NCBI GenBank assembly: GCA_037379345.1
Contig: CM074511.1
Coordinates: 23,419,171 to 23,483,170 of the forward strand
Direction: 5' to 3'
Length of the DNA stretch: 64,000 nucleotides
Source: Perna viridis
Taxonomy: Eukaryota
Each line of letters opens with the position of its first letter. The first letter of the stretch is position 1. Both the position numbers and the translations under genes were made by a program. The notes under the pieces were generated by a model, which worked only from the letters and a program-made list of their open reading frames with translations, was not told where the DNA came from and made no database searches. Below, piece after piece: positions 14,886-27,959 of this stretch.

Positions 14886-15408
14886 CTTTGCATATATTCT
14901 AAGTCAGGTAGGTAAACGTTATCATGATATCTTTTGTTCTCAATACCGGAAACTCTTATCCCGCCATTTTGTGTGAATATGTTTGGACCTATAGTATATC
15001 TAACGCTTAATACCCATTCCACACCATTAGCTCCCTTCGGGTACTGAACAATTTGTATTCGAAAACATAGATGTAACATGTAAAACATAACTTATAGGCC
15101 TAAATTAGGAAACAATGTTGAATATTTTTTCAACAAACTTTGCAGCAGTAAACACGTGTTTTTGTCAATTACGCAAAGGCTTGAAATTCATGTTCAAATT
15201 CAAATCAATTTTCACATAACATCCTAAACTTTAGTCGTTTCGACATGATTCGAGTTCCAGGAACACATTAAATTAGAAATAAATTCGAGATTTAAAAACA
15301 ATACAATAAAAAATGAAACCAAATGCACAAACAATACTGGGATCAAGGACCCTGTATTCCTGATTTTCAATTGCTATATGAGCAGCAGGCGTCTTATTGG
15401 GCGTGTCT

Positions 15409-15437
<29 letters not shown>
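15409..15437 (+). repeat. (TG)n microsatellite
   Basis: Read directly from the sequence. Confidence 0.95.
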
Positions 15438-15440
<3 letters not shown>

Positions 15441-16134
15441 GTACTTCCCACCTAAAATCATGTAAACAAACACACGTAACATTCCGATGTGTATCAGCTG
15501 TTTTCATTCATTTCAGTAACGTGACTGGACATCAAATTCATATTTAATAAAACAGCAAACTTTATGTAGCAGAAAAGTTATGTTATATTCCGTAAATTAA
15601 AATCACACACACATGTACACGGTAGCACTCGCGACGTGCGCCATCATGCAAGAAAACAAACAATAACAATCGTCATCAATGAATGAAACGTTGTACCTGT
15701 CCATGTGTAAACACTGTGACCTTACAATAAAAACAACTATTCCCATATCTAAGATAGTTGTACTTCTGGCCCTTTCCTTCATTATTAATAATACAAAGCA
15801 GAACATTAATACCTACCTAAGACATTTTACCAAACAATGGTCTTTCAATCAATGGCGCATACATTACTGATAAAAACGTGTCTAAAGACTATCCATTGCC
15901 ATTACACTTCTTTCAGTGATCTGATAACGATATATATCTTTGAATCGTTGTCATTACATCTGTTCAGAAATCCTTGGCTTGATAATTTAAAGTTATAAAG
16001 CAAATGATACTGTAAACAAAATATGTTTAGGTTTCGTCGTATGTCTATTACTGTACAAAAGTGTATCCATAAAAACACTTAGATTGTTAACATCCTGACT
16101 TATAACATTATACATCGTTGTTTTTTTTTTTCAA

Positions 16135-17197
16135 AAAAGATGGTACACCTAGATACAGATATATAGTTCTTGGTAGAGATTCCTCATACTTAGTAAGAAA
16201 TAATTCCAAATCATCTTCCAAATATACAGAAGAAGATGTTTACAAAATGCTGGAATTTTTAATCGACAATATATTTGTCCAGTGTGGTGGACGTGTTTTT
16301 CAACAAACGGTCGGCATTCCAATGCGAACAAATTGTGCTCCTTTACTTGCTGACCTATTCCTTCACTCTTATGAGGCTGACTTTATAGCTGATTTGATCC
16401 GAAAGAAAGGGTATCGTTTGGCTAGATCCTTCAAATCTCAGTTTCCATTATATAGATGACGTACTATCTTTAAACAATCCAACTTTCGGGGATTTGATAC
16501 ATCGCATCTACCCCAAAGAACTTGAGATAAAGGATACTACAGCCACTGTAAGGTCAGCCTCATATCTTGATTGACGCTTACAAATTGATGGAAAAGGAAA
16601 ACTATTGACCAAACTTTACGACAAACGTGATGACTTTTCATTCAGAATTGTCAACTTTCCTGTCATCTGTGGCAACATCCCTTCAGCATCTGCGTATGGA
16701 GTGTTCATGTCACAACTCATACGTTATGCCAGGGCTTGCCGAAACTACGCAAACTTTTTGTATCGCGCTAGAACTCTTACAAATAGGCTTCTTGAACAGG
16801 GTTATGTTGCTACAAGATTGAAGTCATCACTACAGAAGTTTTATGGTCATGAAATCGTGGATCGTTATGTTGTATCCATCTGCACCATGAAAACGATTTA
16901 TTCAACGGGTCATAGTTTTCCTTTCCTCGTTTTTCTACCCCGGACTTGACTTTTTATGAGCAACTCGACGGGTGTTTCTAGAAAGGCAGAGGACGCTTAC
17001 CATACCGGTGCATCTGATCCATGCCCGCAGTTTTTAGTGGAGTCCGACTTGCTCATTTGATTTTGTTACTTTATATGTATGATTTTAGTTACTTTATTTT
17101 TTTTGTTTTGTATGTCTGTTTTCCATGTCTGGTCTTTGTCCCTGGATTGCATTCTTTTGATTACCGCTATAACATTGGTTCCTTTGATTACTCTTTA
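16135..17197 (+). mobile_element. 5'-truncated Penelope-like retroelement (Naiad-type): RT pseudogene plus 3' terminal region
   Basis: FQQTVGIPMRTNCAPLLADLFL, YIDD at 16449-16460, KLYDKRDDF and SAYGVFMSQLIRYARAC. Frameshift near 16432 and stop at 16572. The ORF ends after the thumb with no C-terminal GIY-YIG domain. Confidence 0.9.
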
Positions 17198-17802
17198 GAT
17201 GCGACTTCCAACGACAACAAACATTAGGTGACAAATACTGGTATTACATATGGCAATATCATAGTAAAGATTTTGGTTCAAACTTTATTTTTTCTTCTTT
17301 TGAAGAAAAACTATGTAGAGATAAATATTTACCACACACATTATAAATGTGCTGTGTTCTACCATTATACTTCGTCTTGGTAAGTGCTTGTCTTAAATCT
17401 GTTAGTGCTTTTCATTTCATCGGTTCTTTTTTAATGTAACTCTTATTTATACCTGTATATCACTTCAGTATATACTATCAGTACTGTTTGTTTCTGACAT
17501 TGTATGGTAAAAGTTATGCAACTACAAAAAGATTTTCTTTTCTATGTATTTCGACAATCTCATTTAAATGATATCTTGAAATGGAGCTTTAATGTATATG
17601 GTAACAGTGTTTAGTGTAAAAACATTATGGATTTTTATCTTGAAAATATACATTTAAGTTTTTGTGAATCTTGATAACTTGGCTACTCGAATTTTCATTT
17701 TTTTTTTCAAATATTTCAATATTTAGTGTAATTTTAAGCCGTGTGACTGTTTTTCAGTATTCTTCGTTGAAATCAAACAATTATTATCAGATAATGCTTT
17801 TA

Positions 17803-18819
17803 TTAATCAGCATACAACAAGAAGCTAGAGAAAGATGTTCTTCCATTGTAATCACTGTATATAATGCCAGAAACAGTTGTGGTTGGATGAACCCTAATGA
17901 AAACTTTATCTCCACGAGCTGCATGAATAACTACGTTTTCAGTGACCATGTCTTCGCCACCGTGGGAATTTATATATAAAGCTCCGACTACTTGATTATT
18001 ATGTACAATTTCATACGCCCCTATGGAGTTTGGAGACATTCTAACGGAATATGAAAAAGCATACAGTCCATCGACTTGTGATGTCCATACTCCAGTTATT
18101 GGACTGAAGGACCCGTCTATATTCGTTATCGAAGAATCAAATATTAAAGTTTGGTGGTTGCCGGGATGTAATTCATGATGGTTCATGTATGCATAAAAAG
18201 CAGATTTACTTGCGGTTGGGCCAGGAGTGCTTCCTACAAGAAGTCTGCGATATCGTTCTGAAAACGAAATAGAGTAATTTTTTCTTATATTCAAATACAA
18301 ACAAGCACATTTCTCTTTTTCAAAAATGTAATTTTTGTGTACTTTCCTTTTTTAACTCGGTTGTAATGATTTTTCGAAATACTGAAAAAGAGCTGTTATG
18401 AGAACTAATTTAAGAAAAAAATTAAAGAGACATGTTAGTGACTTGTGTGTAAGAAAATTCTTAAAAAAAACTTATGTGGTAGACATTTCCTACCGTTTAT
18501 CTCAAACGCTGGAACAAAAATCACCAGTGAAATATTATTAATTCCGTTTAAACACCTTTTGTCGAATATTGCGAAAAAACACTATTTAAGTCAACATCCT
18601 ACCTTCATATTTCTTCAGCTCACTTATTTCCTTTTCCTGTGCAAGTAATTTTTGGTTCATTTCGGAAATCATACTGTCTTGTCGCCTGTTTAATTTGCTC
18701 TGCCTATTCAGCATGTTTTCCATGGACTCAAGTCGCAATGCCATGGTTTTGTCATGCAATGATGATACTCCACCGTAGAGTAACACCAAAATTATGAAAT
18801 ATAAGTTATTTCTGTCCAT
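17803..18819 (-). CDS. Secreted C1q-domain-containing protein (signal peptide, coiled coil, gC1q). Exons 18819-18603, [18508-18494 probable microexon], 18257-17803; 228 aa with the microexon, 223 aa without
   Basis: Signal peptide MDRNNLYFIILVLLYGGVSS, then a heptad-rich segment. Donor GAAG|GTAGGA and acceptor ttcgttttcAG are both phase 1. gC1q motifs: AFYAYM, TLIFDSSITNIDGSFSPITGVWT, GLYAFSY, GDKVFIR, TSFSSFLL. Confidence 0.92.
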
Positions 18820-19306
18820 ATTTGGAAGAGAATAATCTTTATCATGTAAAGATTAATCAAAATTCTTATCTCATGTTTGTAATGTAGACATTCTGAACTC
18901 AAAACCTTTATCCTACATTTAGTACAGAAGCATGTAAAGAAAACAACTTGGATTTCAAGCTTGGAACTTCGAGTTTTATTTATGCTTTATCTTTTATGAT
19001 TTATTTTTTACTTTTGTAAAACTTTCATAAATTTAGAATTTTACCCTTTAAGAGCTCGAAATTTGGATTTTTTACATTTCAACTTTTTCATAGGCGAGTG
19101 AAATTACCTATACTATGAACGCGCCTGAATTTGATAAAATTAATCATTATTAGTTTTTAGGGTAATGACAATCTATCAAATCACAACAGTTAAAATGAAA
19201 TGTGACTTTCCTGAGTTCGTTGGGGATAAGCATTATAAGATCCACCCAATATGCATTTAAAACAAAAGGATCAAGGTAATAATGAAAAACAAAGCAATCA
19301 CTTTAT

Positions 19307-19704
19307 AAGGATGATGTTTCATTAGTATCTAACAACTAGGAACTGAAAAGTTCGACGTATAAATGTTGATGCTAAAAACATTCAAGTTAGGGGAAAGACA
19401 AACCCGTGTTCGCTTGATTAATTATATAAGTAAATCATAAGTTTAGTAAAAGTGACAATTTAAATGCAGTTGTAGTAAAAGTTTCAGATAAATCGGTTGA
19501 TCCTTTTGGAGTCGTTGTCTGAACTGACAATTTTTTACAAGGAATACATTTCATTTAAAAATAGTCACCATAAAAGATTAAGCTATGATTCCATTTATAT
19601 AAATTATTCTCAGATTTTAGCTCGTGAAATTTTACTGGAAATTGAAAAAAAAGTTACAACCTCCAAAAAATAAAGATTTCGAAATTGAAGTCAAAACTTC
19701 TTTG
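19307..19704 (+). repeat. Diverged direct repeat of ~400 bp, copy 2, about 490 bp upstream of the C1q ATG
   Basis: Same collinear blocks as 11866-12293. Confidence 0.85.
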
Positions 19705-21357
19705 TAGCAAAGAAAAGCAACATTTTAACTTAAATATACATTGAAACATCAAATTTTATGTAAAAAAAAAAGTTAAAAAAATAAATAAAATCATTAAAAT
19801 TCAGACCTATGAAAAAAATCGAAGTGTGTTATTGAATTTCAGAAATTACAAGTTGCTTTTTAGTAATTTTATTTTAAATTGTGTTGCCTAGCATTGATTC
19901 GTTTTTCTTACTTCTACAAGGGTAGGTGCGATTCATAAATCCAAAATATAGGATTGTTGAAAGACAAAACGTCACTTATATACTAGAAACTGGTATCAAA
20001 GGATTAGGCGATATCATGTTCCTTCCTTTGGATGAAATCATCAATAAAGACAGCCTCATAAGAGTGAAGGATTAGATCAGCGAGTAGCGGGGGAATGTCG
20101 ACTGTCTGGGAAAAATCATAGTTCCAAGCATTTTAACATTTTCTTTGGTATATTTAGTAGATGTTTTGGATTCGTTTTTTTTAACAAAGTATGGTGAATC
20201 TCTACTAGTTAAATAAAGAGTTAAAAATCATAGGCCTTGATGCTGTTATACTCCGATAACAATCTAACATTGAGTGTTTATGGATGACCCTTTAAATTGA
20301 TACCACTACGGTAGAGATAGCTTTACTATTAATTCCATTTAGTATGTGTGTATGTGTGTGTTTTAAGCAAAGAGAAAATATTTTACAGTTGTATGATATT
20401 GAATATTGGGACTAAGTGATCGTGTTTTATATCAGAATTCAGCCTTTTGATTACAGGACATTTTCAAAAAAAGTCTCCCGTAGGTTTTTTTTCTGTGGAG
20501 AAGCAATCGTTCATCTTCTTTCCACAACTTACAAAAGATATTTTACCCAATAAAAAGACATTCATTAGGAATGTTTCAACAAGAACCTATACTTGTCCGC
20601 TGTTAATTTAAATCGACCCTGGCAAATATCTTGTCAACCTCTCTCCAATACAACATTTACTGACGAAGGAGAGTAATTATAGACCATCCATCACTGTCGA
20701 ACAAATAAGGCTAGTTTATTTCAATACCCACTATTGAGACTTAGGAAATTAATTTTACCAGTTACAGCCATATTAAGTACGACAGCTTATCAAACTGATC
20801 CTTTAGTTTAATAGAATTTGCTAAAGATTTCTTGTTTCAAAAAAATGCTGTGGAAGTCTAAAACTGGATCGATATTGAAAAAAAAAACAAAACGATAACC
20901 AAAAAATGACTGTTTTGTATGTCTATTTTACCTAATATGTAAGTGTATGTATTTGGAAGTGGTCATTTTTACCCTGCAGAAATTATATTTTCTGGTGTTC
21001 TTTTGTTTCGTACAAAATTCAATGACAAATATTGAGATTATCAAAATCAGAAACTTAGAAAAAAAATTAAAACGTGACTAAACATTTTTTTCTTCTACGA
21101 AAGTAACAAGAAAACCAGTAAAATCAGAAATATACATGGCCTGTGTTTCATAAAATGTATAAAATTGAGATTTTCATCAAGTGATTAGATGGATTGAATT
21201 TTGAGTCAGAGAAATCTTGAAGAAAAACTCAATTTGGGTTTCTTTATAAAACTGGACCCTGATCTATTACTTATTTAGACTTTATGCTTACCACTAACAA
21301 AAAAAAAACAATACTTGTATTTTGTCGAGGATACGATAAAATAGATCTGAAATATAT

Positions 21358-21815
21358 TAATCAACGGAACCAAGATTCGAGTCAAATTTAAAAGAAAACT
21401 ATGACACGATGAATAGATCGGTTCTCATGGTGCAGATGGTAATACCATCACGATCCAAGACTTCATGATGACGACCATAAAACTTCTGTAGTGATGACTT
21501 TAATCTTGTAACGACATAACCTTATTCCAGAAGTCTAATTGCAAGAAGCCTAACACGGTAAAAGACGTCCGCGTCGTAGATTCTGCAAGCTAACATTTGA
21601 TTGTTTGTGATTTGAAAACCGAATACGCAGGTGCTGAAGGCATGTTGCTACAGATGAATAGAAAGTTGACTGTACGGTATCAGAAGTCATAGCCTTTGTC
21701 GTATAGTTTGGTCACGTGTTTTCTTTTTCAATCTATCTCTAACAGTAGGTCAAGATATGAAGCTGACTTCCAGTGTATATGAGACTTTTATCTTAAGTTC
21801 TTCGGGTAGATGTGT
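21358..21815 (-). mobile_element. Degraded Penelope-like RT C-terminal fragment
   Basis: The reverse complement encodes YPKNL, SASYLDLL, KLYDK and RLKSSLQKFYGRHHE, matching 16505-16920. Most of the 3' structured region is deleted. Confidence 0.85.
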
Positions 21816-22214
21816 TAGTACCTGTTGTCACACATTAAAATGACCTTTAACTTATTCACGTTTTATACCTATAACAATCGACAACACTGAGAGGGAGATG
21901 TTCTTAACCATCAGTATCGAATCCGCAACGATGGTAAAGGATGGGATTAATACAGAACATGTCTAATTACTGAATAAATTTGATCTTTTAACAATGGTTT
22001 CTTGTCACTTAAGTCATCGATTATTTCCAGAAAACGTCAAATCAAGACCATTTATAGAATACAGACAGGACGGTCCTTCCTTGTATGTACTATTTACTGG
22101 ATGATTATTATCAGGAAAATACAACTTGTCAATTATAAAGCCAGTCTTTGATTTGTGACTACTTTGAAAACTTGGAAATGCTGAAGGTTATGATATATAC
22201 TAGTTTCTACCTTA

Positions 22215-22412
22215 TTGCATTTACTCTACCGGTTCACCTGTTCTATGCTCCCAGGTTTTCGTGGAACCCGGGTTGCTCATGTACTGTTGTTTCTTTATAC
22301 GTGTTATTTTGGTTAGATTCCATGTTGTTTGTTGCGTGTGTCTACTTCCAGTGTCTAGGTATTATCCTTTGAATATTTTTATCACCGTTATATTCCTGGT
22401 TTCCTTGATCTC
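22215..22412 (+). mobile_element. Diverged Penelope-like 3' end fragment
   Basis: ttactctaccggttcacctgttctatgctcccaggttttcgtggaacccgggttgctcat...ggtttccttgat. Confidence 0.78.
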
Positions 22413-24778
22413 CCTTAAAAAGCTGTACAAATTTGATTGACATGCTAATCAAACGTGATAGTATTTTACATATATGTTGTTTATCTATTTCGATCACTGT
22501 GTCTAAAAGATGAATTTTTCATTTTTTTTCATTTTCTTAATTTTTGGGTTTTTTAAAATTTTTTAATTATTTATTTTTTTAATTTTATTTATTTATATAT
22601 TTTTTGTATGTTGTATTTTGTTTATTCCTTTGTTTTTGTTTTTTTTTAATGCGCAAGTAACAACAGGGGAGCAAACCGTTTCTAAAAGACTGATTCTCAG
22701 ATAGAATTTCTGATTATTTTAGTTGCGCGTACTATGTACAATGAAAACACTCGAGCAGCTTTCCATTTGACTTCACTATCACGACATGTGAGGATGCAGT
22801 CTTAATCCAATACAGGTATTTAGGGAATTGTCTTCAATTAATTTCTTATACTGAATCCTTTCAAGTTATTTTTTTTTTTCACTTAGTTCGCACCATTTGT
22901 TGTGTTAATTTATTCGGGTCGTTTTGTTTTGTTATATTTTTATTTTGTTGTTAATATTTAGTTTTTGTCTTTGTATTGTATTGTATTGTTTTTTTTTTAT
23001 TTTCTGTGCGGTGTTTTGTGTGTGTTTTTTTGTTTTTTTTGTTTTTGTTTTTTTTGTTTGTTTTTTTTTTTTGTCATCTTTGTGGACTTGCATACTAAGT
23101 TTTTAATTATGCTTCGATTATTTGCTAGGTACCGAGAAATCTTTTGTGCAAGATGCACAGGTATATTAGAAAGTTTCTGCACCTACGTCACACTCACTCT
23201 TAAACTCCTCCTCTTTAATTATAAGCAAATTAGACAGTAAACTGTCAATAGCTTCGCGGATATGTGATAAATAGTGATCATTCCTTGTGATTCGTTTTGT
23301 TTGTTTGTTTGTTTTTTTCACATCCCGGATTACATACTGATAAGCTAGCGCTTTAGTATATATGTTAAATGAAGATGTTATAAATCAGTGGTGGACACTT
23401 AAGTACGCGAATAACAGAAAAGAACCATACACGTTCTTTTATTTTTTTATATAATTTTTTTATACTGAATATATTACTATCGATAGTTCGAGTGCCTTCA
23501 ACGATCAGTTAAAATATAAAAAAAACACTAAGAATTACCAAGAGATTTTGAAAATCACAGTTTGGCTATAATTTCATCAAAATAGAGTTCTGCTTGTCAT
23601 TAAATCAGTTATTTAGGAATAGAATAACTCACGAAGACACAGATTTTCTACATTCTTTACACCAACTATCCATCTGTCATTTTTCACAGACATTAATTCT
23701 GACAACCTCGCAATTACATAATGGTGCCAACAGAATGAATTTTGATTATTATTCCCAATCGTCAAATTATTCTTTGGTTAGGCAATAGTGTTCATTATCA
23801 TCTGTCTAAACTTTTGCATACCTTGAATATTATGTATCTTTGTCGTCATATGGAAAATCTTGATCGCTTTGTTGTTTCGAGAAAATTTTAAGCTTAATGG
23901 ACTTACTGCCATTACCACATCGAATTAAAATATGAGGCTATGAACCGTGTTATTGTTTACATCACGAAACTTTATAGTCTTCGATTACTGATGTTTTAAG
24001 GAATGTTTCATTTTCAATGGTATGCAAGATCTGCGGCCACATGCAACCCCATCACCCCAAAAATGCATCCTATCAAAAAGATGATGATCTGATTAATAAT
24101 ACTTTAATTGTATTATAAAGATGGTGATCTGATTAATTATACTTTAATTTTATGTTACTATTTGATAAGAATCACCAAGTCCAACTCATTAACAGCTTTA
24201 ATACTTTGAATTTTACTTACAAAAAGTAAACATTGCGATTTTGGCTGTTTTATATAAATATGATACTGACTATGATTGGATAATGTATTTATTCTATGTG
24301 GTAATGAATATTTTATTTTATTTTCCGACGCAGTCGGTATACTTCCGCTTTTTACCCTTTTTCGCTTTTTATTGTGAAATATATATCCATTTATACGAAT
24401 AGGAATTCTTGAATAAGGTCTAAGCTTACCGCTCAAGGGGAGGCAATACATATACCAAAACTGAAACTACCAACATTTATGATTTACGATATACTTATTA
24501 CATGTAATGTAACCTTATTGTGTAAGGACAAAGGTTTTCCAAGAGGTGTACTTATATGTAATACAATAAGTAAGGAAATTGGGGGTCTAATATTGATTGT
24601 AGATTATAAATATCACTGGTGCAGTGTTTTATATACATTGCATGGTCTTTGAATGTTTCATTTCAGAAAAGTTTACTTCTACAATTAACCATTTTCCCAT
24701 TATTTCAGCTACAGACGGGTTTATCTCATTATATCGGAGATTGGCCAGTTTACAGTATTATACTACTAAATCATACAT

Positions 24779-24900
24779 CAGTGGCAGATGCAGGGGTGAT
24801 TGGATCTTCTTTCTGTTGGAAAGTTTGTGCAAAATTGAGTAGAAAATGAGTCAATGATTACCTATAGCTCCCATTGGTAAAATTTCTGGGTCCGTCCCAG
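24779..24900. mobile_element. Degenerate short MITE with CAGTGGCGGATCCAG-type termini; related remnants at ~45922-46096, ~56000-56041 and ~56454-56619
   Basis: cagtggcagatgcagg at the left end and ctgggtccgtcccag at the right end. Confidence 0.45.
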
Positions 24901-25972
24901 TACATATTTTTACCAAAAGCACGGTATCCTTCAGCGCTTCGATGTATTTGATTTTTTTAGGTTCCAGGCAGCGGTAGACGTTCGGTTCCTCTCTTACTAA
25001 AGTAAATTTTGAACATCAGACGCTGTTTTGGAGTGTTATGATTCTTTTGATGCACTACCTAATATGCAAACATTAACTTCAGATTACAACCAACAGTTAA
25101 AGGATTATAACGACACAATTAAAAAAATGAAATTTAATAAATTTTTAATAAAAAAAACAACTCATGGGAAATAAAAATGAAATACTTCCATATTGCACCC
25201 TGATAAATTACATGTACATTTCGGCATACATAGAAAGCCAAAAGCACTTTCTAACAACCTACATGGTACACGGAGTAAAAATAACCTCATATGATCTTGT
25301 GTTTTTTTGCTTTTTTGTCGTTTTTTTTTCATTAACTAGTCCATCCAGGATTTTCATACAAACCATAATTTTTTGTTAAAAGAACTGCTTTACTTGACAA
25401 CAAGTAAATGGGTTTAGGGAAAACGTATTATTTCATTGATTCCGTGTAATTTTACCACAATTTTCTGTCTGTTTGCGGCACACAATATGACTGAGGCCAG
25501 TAGTTATATTTCGTGCAGGGTCTCATTATCTATCATTATCTACAGATTAATTTTCGTAGATCTTGCTTTAATTTCAGATTTATTGATTATCTGTCCTGCT
25601 TATCCATGAGGGGAAAAGAATAATTCCATGTTTGACTAGTAATTTCCGTTGAAGCGCCGGGATGTTTTATGCTTTGTCACGAATCGTATAGTCCACGCTT
25701 AAAGTGGCTGACAGGCATTAAACAAGTGAGCTCCGCAATAGGACGTGCTAAATAATTATAGTTTAGGGCATCTGGCACGAGTATTATATATTTCTGTTTT
25801 ATCGTGCTAGAGTAGAAAATCCTTTTCTTCCAAGTGACCACTTCACGATAAATACCAGTGAATGCGTGGACAGTTTCATGTGAACCTCACTTTCGATTGG
25901 TTGGTTCCCTTCGAGAAACCTAAGTTATCAAGCTCCACGCAGTGGTAGTCGTTCGTTTCCTCTCTTACTGAC

Positions 25973-26119
25973 CGCTGCAGACAGACCTTTCAGAATTTCT
26001 CTGACATAATTCAACGAAACGTCGTTTAACATTCGGATAAAGTCATCCAAAATCATTAACTTTTTTCCGACTTACGTGTAGCACGATTCTTGCATTTTCT
26101 GAGAGGGCTGGCTGCAGCG
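25973..26119. mobile_element. MITE-like element of 147 bp with ~25-bp TIRs, inside the loop of a hairpin copy
   Basis: Left end cgctgcagacagacctttcagaa; reverse complement of the right end cgctgcagccagccctctcagaa. Confidence 0.7.
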
Positions 26120-26176
26120 TTTATAGTGAATTTCAAACGTATGACGCTGTTTCGGAACTTCCCAAGTTATATTTTG

Positions 26177-26252
26177 TCAAGCTCCACGCAGCGGCAGACG
26201 TTCGTTTCCTCTCTTACTAATTTTGAACGTCTGACGCTGTTGCGGAGCTTGA
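26177..26252. repeat. Hairpin element of ~76 bp; related copies at 24961-25034 and 25928-26161
   Basis: Arms tcaagctccacgcagcggcagacgttc and gaacgtctgacgctgttgcggagcttga are near-perfect reverse complements. Confidence 0.85.
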
Positions 26253-27959
26253 TATTTTGTTACTTCGTGGATCCGCAATACATATCCAAACTAAGTAAAG
26301 TTTAGTTTTGTCAGTTGACTTATTTGGTCTTGGCAAATAACTTATTTAATACATTATCGTAAGTGTCCGCATGACCATGGCCCATAGATGTTATACTTCT
26401 TAAGTGGAAGATTTTCTTAACGCGGGAGATTTGTCGAGGTTTTGCTGTCACGACATGTTTAATGATTATCAAAATACCTTATTTGAACTTTTAACCAATA
26501 ATTATATCTGGACATACCTTCCTCAATTCAAATAAAACGCGGGGAGAAACTTTCCTATGCGCGGCTAATCCTCCCGCTTTGACACTGGCATTTATATGGG
26601 AGATTGTTGAAATTTTTTTTCATGAAATATTAGAAGGCTCCCATCGGAAGCGGGATACTAAACACCAATGCCATAGTCTAAAGAATGTCGTATATGAGAA
26701 AATTGTTAACAGGAGAAAACTCTTACAATTTAATGACCAAATTAGTGCGGTATTAATAAATTTACATGTGTAAAAACAAATTTATTGTACTTCATATGAT
26801 AATCTGCTATGTCTTATGCGGTTAAATATTTAATATACAACAAAATGGGGGAAGTACCTAGTACTTAATTTAGAATACAGTGTGTGGTTAGCATTGGTGG
26901 TTATTGCTGTGCAGAAGTGATCAATAAACCAACTTCAATTTAAAAAAAAGTTTTTTAGTTATTATATATCTTCATGTTTATAATGTCCATCGAATTGAAA
27001 ATGAAGAAATAGATTCCTTTCTAATTCCGTTCAATTTTTCATCGCAGAAACTAAAATATTGCATTTCGATCTTGACAAGGACTCTGATTAAGAACAGAGG
27101 AGTAACTCTCTTGAGATAAGGGGAATAATATTGTTTTGTTGGAACTCGCTTGATTAGAACTTTTATTCCATTATTACAGTTCACTCCACAAATGTTTCGT
27201 GTCACTCTCAGTTCTATTGATATTAATGAAATTTTCAAATTAGACAAAAAAGTTCTTTTTAAATTAAGACACTGAACGATACGTTTGGCGTGGCGGTTTT
27301 TCTAGGAAAACTATATTGACATTTTACCCGCATCATTGAGCTCGACGAATCAAGGAAAACCAATGATGTTACATAATATGAGCAAATACCATGAAAGACA
27401 GGGAAATCTAGTGATGATGTTGTGAACTTATTTTCTCCAAATCAACCCATGCAATACAATCATACCTAGAGTATGCGAATCTTATTACCGTAAAAGAAAC
27501 TACTTCATCTGATAAATAATTGAGTCTATCTTACCACTTGCTAAACGGTATGGAGTTTAACCAAACAAGTCAATTTTCTTATGCTAGATTAATTACACGC
27601 ATCGAACGCGAGATTGATTCAATTTCATGACGAAGCTATACAACCAATGCGGGAAAAAACAATCTCTAAAACGTTTCGGTGATGCCTGGTACACTTCATT
27701 TTGACAGTCTGATTGAAAAAGGAAGACGCATCAATCATGTATTTTCTAATCAAATGAGAAGGACAGTTTTACTTAGGTTCTAACTGATATCTCTAGAAAA
27801 AATAAGACTATTCTAAGCACGATTGTCATCTTACATAATGGTGTAGTTGGTCAAGACAAAATTTAGGTAAATTGAGTTGCTTTAACTCAAATGTATTTTA
27901 GGGCTTTTAGACTTTTTTTTCTACTTTTTGTCTTCAACCATATCTTTGTAAACCTGTAC

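Noticed and set aside
16572-16574. In-frame TGA in the Penelope-like RT read as selenocysteine (some Naiad elements encode selenoproteins)
   Set aside because: The sister copy near 21750 reads YLDLL at this position, so the codon is a Leu site, not a Cys site. This copy is also frameshifted. It is an ordinary nonsense mutation.
18258-18300. N-terminus of the ORF-track C1q protein (MYLNIRKNYSISFS)
   Set aside because: Intronic. It starts at a non-ATG codon and lies before the acceptor at 18259-18258.
22924-23240. Phe/Cys-rich and Lys-rich ORFs resembling membrane proteins (also 30157-30342, 42354-42542, 44327-44533)
   Set aside because: Translations of low-complexity T-rich or A-rich tracts.
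24961-26252. CRISPR-like array
   Set aside because: Only three irregularly spaced copies, no uniform spacers, no cas genes, and a eukaryotic context.
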